DNA from: Rhizodiscina lignyota
Taxonomy: Eukaryota
Length of the DNA: 64,000 bases
Direction: 5' to 3'
Assembly (NCBI GenBank): GCA_010015805.1
Contig: ML978129.1
Location: 1,240,001-1,304,000, forward strand
Shown: positions 61,352-64,000 of the stretch, piece after piece
Position numbering within the stretch: position 1 is the stretch's first letter
How the letters are laid out: the number at the start of each line of letters is the position of its first letter
Made by a program: the position numbers and the translations under genes
The notes under the pieces: generated by a model
What the model was told of the DNA's origin: nothing
Seen by the model: only the letters and a program-made list of their open reading frames with translations
Database searches by the model: none

Positions 61352-62760
61352 ATGGAAGGTCCGACGTTTGACATAATCGTCATTGGAAACGGCATTGGAG
61401 GTATCATTGCATTGCTTCGCAAATGAATTACTAAAATATACTAACATTATATTCAGGTCTTTGCGCAGCTGTAGCGCTCAGTCTCAAAGGCCACAAAGTC
61501 ACAGTTCTAGAGCAAGGCGAATCAACTTCAGAGGGATCAGCTGGAATCCAATCAAGCCCCAATTTCACGAAATTACTCTACTCGTGGGGTCTCGAGTCTG
61601 GTCTAGAGAAATATGGGGCCAAGCCATTATTTATGGAGCAACGACGATGGGAGGACTCTTCTGAGATAGCTAAGGTTCCCATCAACGCAAGCGACGCCAT
61701 GGAAAAGCTGTACGGATATCCACATTACAACATTCATCGTGCAGACTTGCAGCGTATTCTCCTCAATCGCGCTCGTCAGTTTGGCGTCTTCATAACCGCA
61801 GGCACAAGGGTCGTCGGATTTGAGCCTGCAGTGTCGGCGATGGGTCAGGACACGATTGTATTAAATAGCGGAAGGCGGATCTGTGCGGACGTCATCATTG
61901 CTGCCGATAGTAATCGGAGTGGCATGAAAGGTCTTGTACTTAGTGATGAGATCGAAAGTTGGTTCATCCGCGATAGCGTTTATCGCGCGTTGCTCCCAGG
62001 AACATTATTGGAGGACCCTGAGCTCGAAAGTCTTGATCTTAAGGAGAACACTACCGGTTGGTTGGGACCTGACGGACACGTTATCGGCTACTATGTCAGG
62101 AATTTTCAGATGTATAATATCGTCATGGTTATATCCGACGACAACCAGTTGGGACAAGAAGCACGCCGGGGATATCCTGGGGATCTTGAAAAGATGTACA
62201 ATGCATTTGAGGGATGGGATTGGCGGCTCAGAAGGATGCTAGACTTCGTTGACTCGTCCCATATTTGGCGTCTGCAGGATCGACCTGCGGCGAAGAGGTG
62301 GGTGCATCCCGACGGAAACCTAGTACTGCTTGGAGACGCAGCCCACGCAAAGCTTCCTTACGCGGCAGCTGGCGCTGCTTCAGCAGCAGAGGATGCAGCA
62401 GCACTAGCAGAATGCCTTGGATACGTCGGAGGTGGCAAAGATAGGAGTGTCAGAGAGGTACTGAAAATCTACGAGGAGATCCGCGTACCGAGGGCGACGG
62501 AGGTCGTAGAACGGTCGCGGAGGAATCGAATAGTGTTCCACATGCATGACGGTAAGGTGAACAATAACGGTTGGTTAAGTCAACGAGCTCATATCAAGGC
62601 AGGTCGAGAGCAGAGAGAAAGAGATGCGAGACTAAAGGCGGATGCTGATAGAAGGAGAACCCCGCCTCACCAAGACAGTGATAGAAACGAGCCATACAGT
62701 TACGACGTCGTTGAACATGTCAGGAGGCACTTTGAGAGCTTGGATGGCACTAGTAGATGA
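61352..62760 (+). CDS. FAD-dependent monooxygenase (salicylate hydroxylase-like)
   Basis: IIVIGNGIG|GLCAA (intron 61401-61457), IHRADL, IAADS, LLGDAAHA.LPY.A.GA..A.EDA..LA. Confidence 0.9.
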
Positions 62761-63600
62761 TGAATCCAGATCTACATCTTGGCCGAGTGGCGGCATGCCA
62801 TGTGAGGATATACCGGCAGCAGAGAACGCACCGGAAAAGCCAAAAGAACTGTATGACCAAAAGATCTGGACGAGAAGGATAGAGAGCTACCCTTGGAGAA
62901 AAAAGGGATACCCCACATATAGATAGAGTTGGAGAAACACATACCTTATTTTCTACGTCAATATTTGGAGGTAGTTACTTTGGTCCAGTAGCTTGCATCT
63001 CATAGGCTGAGGCTCTGAGGCAGCAAGCTGCAGAGTTCGTGCTTTGACGTTTGCTGACGCGCGCTAAAGTGAGGTGAGAGGCCCGAGCGCGCCCGAACCT
63101 TCGATTTTAGCGCGTTGCGAGACGCCTGCCAGCAACAGCAAAACGTCACAATCAACCATAGAACACTTAACTCTGCTCCTCCACCACACGATCCCCTTCA
63201 AAGGCTGCACCTGCTCCACACACTGCTGCCTTTCTCCTTCATCTATGCGCAAATTGAAAACATCCGGAGACAGCGCTGCACCGTTCTCTTCGTTTGCAGG
63301 GTTGAAGCATTCACCCGCTTCGGCACTGCATCTCTTGAAGCTCTGTTTCGGCGAGCTTCTCTTTTGCGCTTTCCGACCGAACACCACTTCACTCCACACT
63401 GCGGCAAGCGCCAAAACAACTCGCGGGGAAACAAAATCTTCCACCTCGTCAACTTGCTTACGGCCAGCTCCAACAACTTCGTGTCTTGCCCATCACTACA
63501 ACAGTCGAAAGGCATCTCCAGCCTGCGTCACCAAGCACCTTAGCCTGGAGAAGAAAACTCTCGTTGTGGGAAGGCTACCTTCCCGGTAGTGGAGTACGGA

Positions 63601-64000
63601 ATGGGGAAGATCCACAAAACCGCGACGGCGCGACATGAGGTGTCTTTGGTGAGTCTAGTTCTCTAGAAGTTAACCTGCAATATAATTCTAACGTGTGCTC
63701 GTTTCCCAGTCACCGGCGATATCAGAATTCATTTCGAAGGCCACATCGATCCCTCTACACCAGCTACCTGCACATCTCTCGTCCTTTCCGCGGCTATGGC
63801 CGTTTCCTAGAGGCGACCTCTACCACTGGATTCCGGTGCTGAATCGCTTCGACAACATCTACGAGCTCTTCAATAAAGAATACGGATTGACTGATGGTCC
63901 TCAGACACAGCCGTTCGCGTGTCGGTTGCTTGAGAAGGGCGATGGCGAATCTCCGGATGATATCTCTGCCGAGACACTCGCGTCGCTGAAGCTTTCTGCG
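63601..64000 (+). CDS. TOM1: HECT E3 ubiquitin ligase Tom1/HUWE1, 5' part only (runs off window)
   Basis: MGKIHK..|SPAISEFI...WPFPRGDLYHWIPVLNRFD (DUF908 N-terminus); intron ~63649-63709. Confidence 0.88.

Overview
Eukaryotic, intron-rich fungal DNA (filamentous ascomycete; Dothideomycete-like is my inference from gene content and GT..CTRAC..YAG introns). About 26 conventional protein-coding genes can be reconstructed. They include an AMMECR1-domain protein, cystathionine gamma-synthase, a C2H2 factor, a GTPBP-like GTPase, THUMP/Tan1, an APH-like kinase, CUE3/ASCC2, RPS20, a secreted extensin/mucin-like protein, eIF3e, mL49, an MFS transporter, a Lig1 paralogue, Vps51, Rmi1, two SDRs, a GT31 glycosyltransferase, an ammonium transporter, Lsm1, an FAD monooxygenase and the start of Tom1/HUWE1. 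The stand-out feature is a ~1.1 kb accessory module on the minus strand at 51825-52920. It consists of a TATA/CT-box promoter, a GC-rich 92-aa Arg-rich orphan ORF, three tandem ~120-nt double-hairpin RNA units with compensatory base changes separated by U/G-rich spacers, and a complete CPEB3/HDV-like self-cleaving ribozyme (51898-51825). The predicted cleavage site coincides with the repeat boundary. All structures were paired by hand; no folding software or database searches were run.
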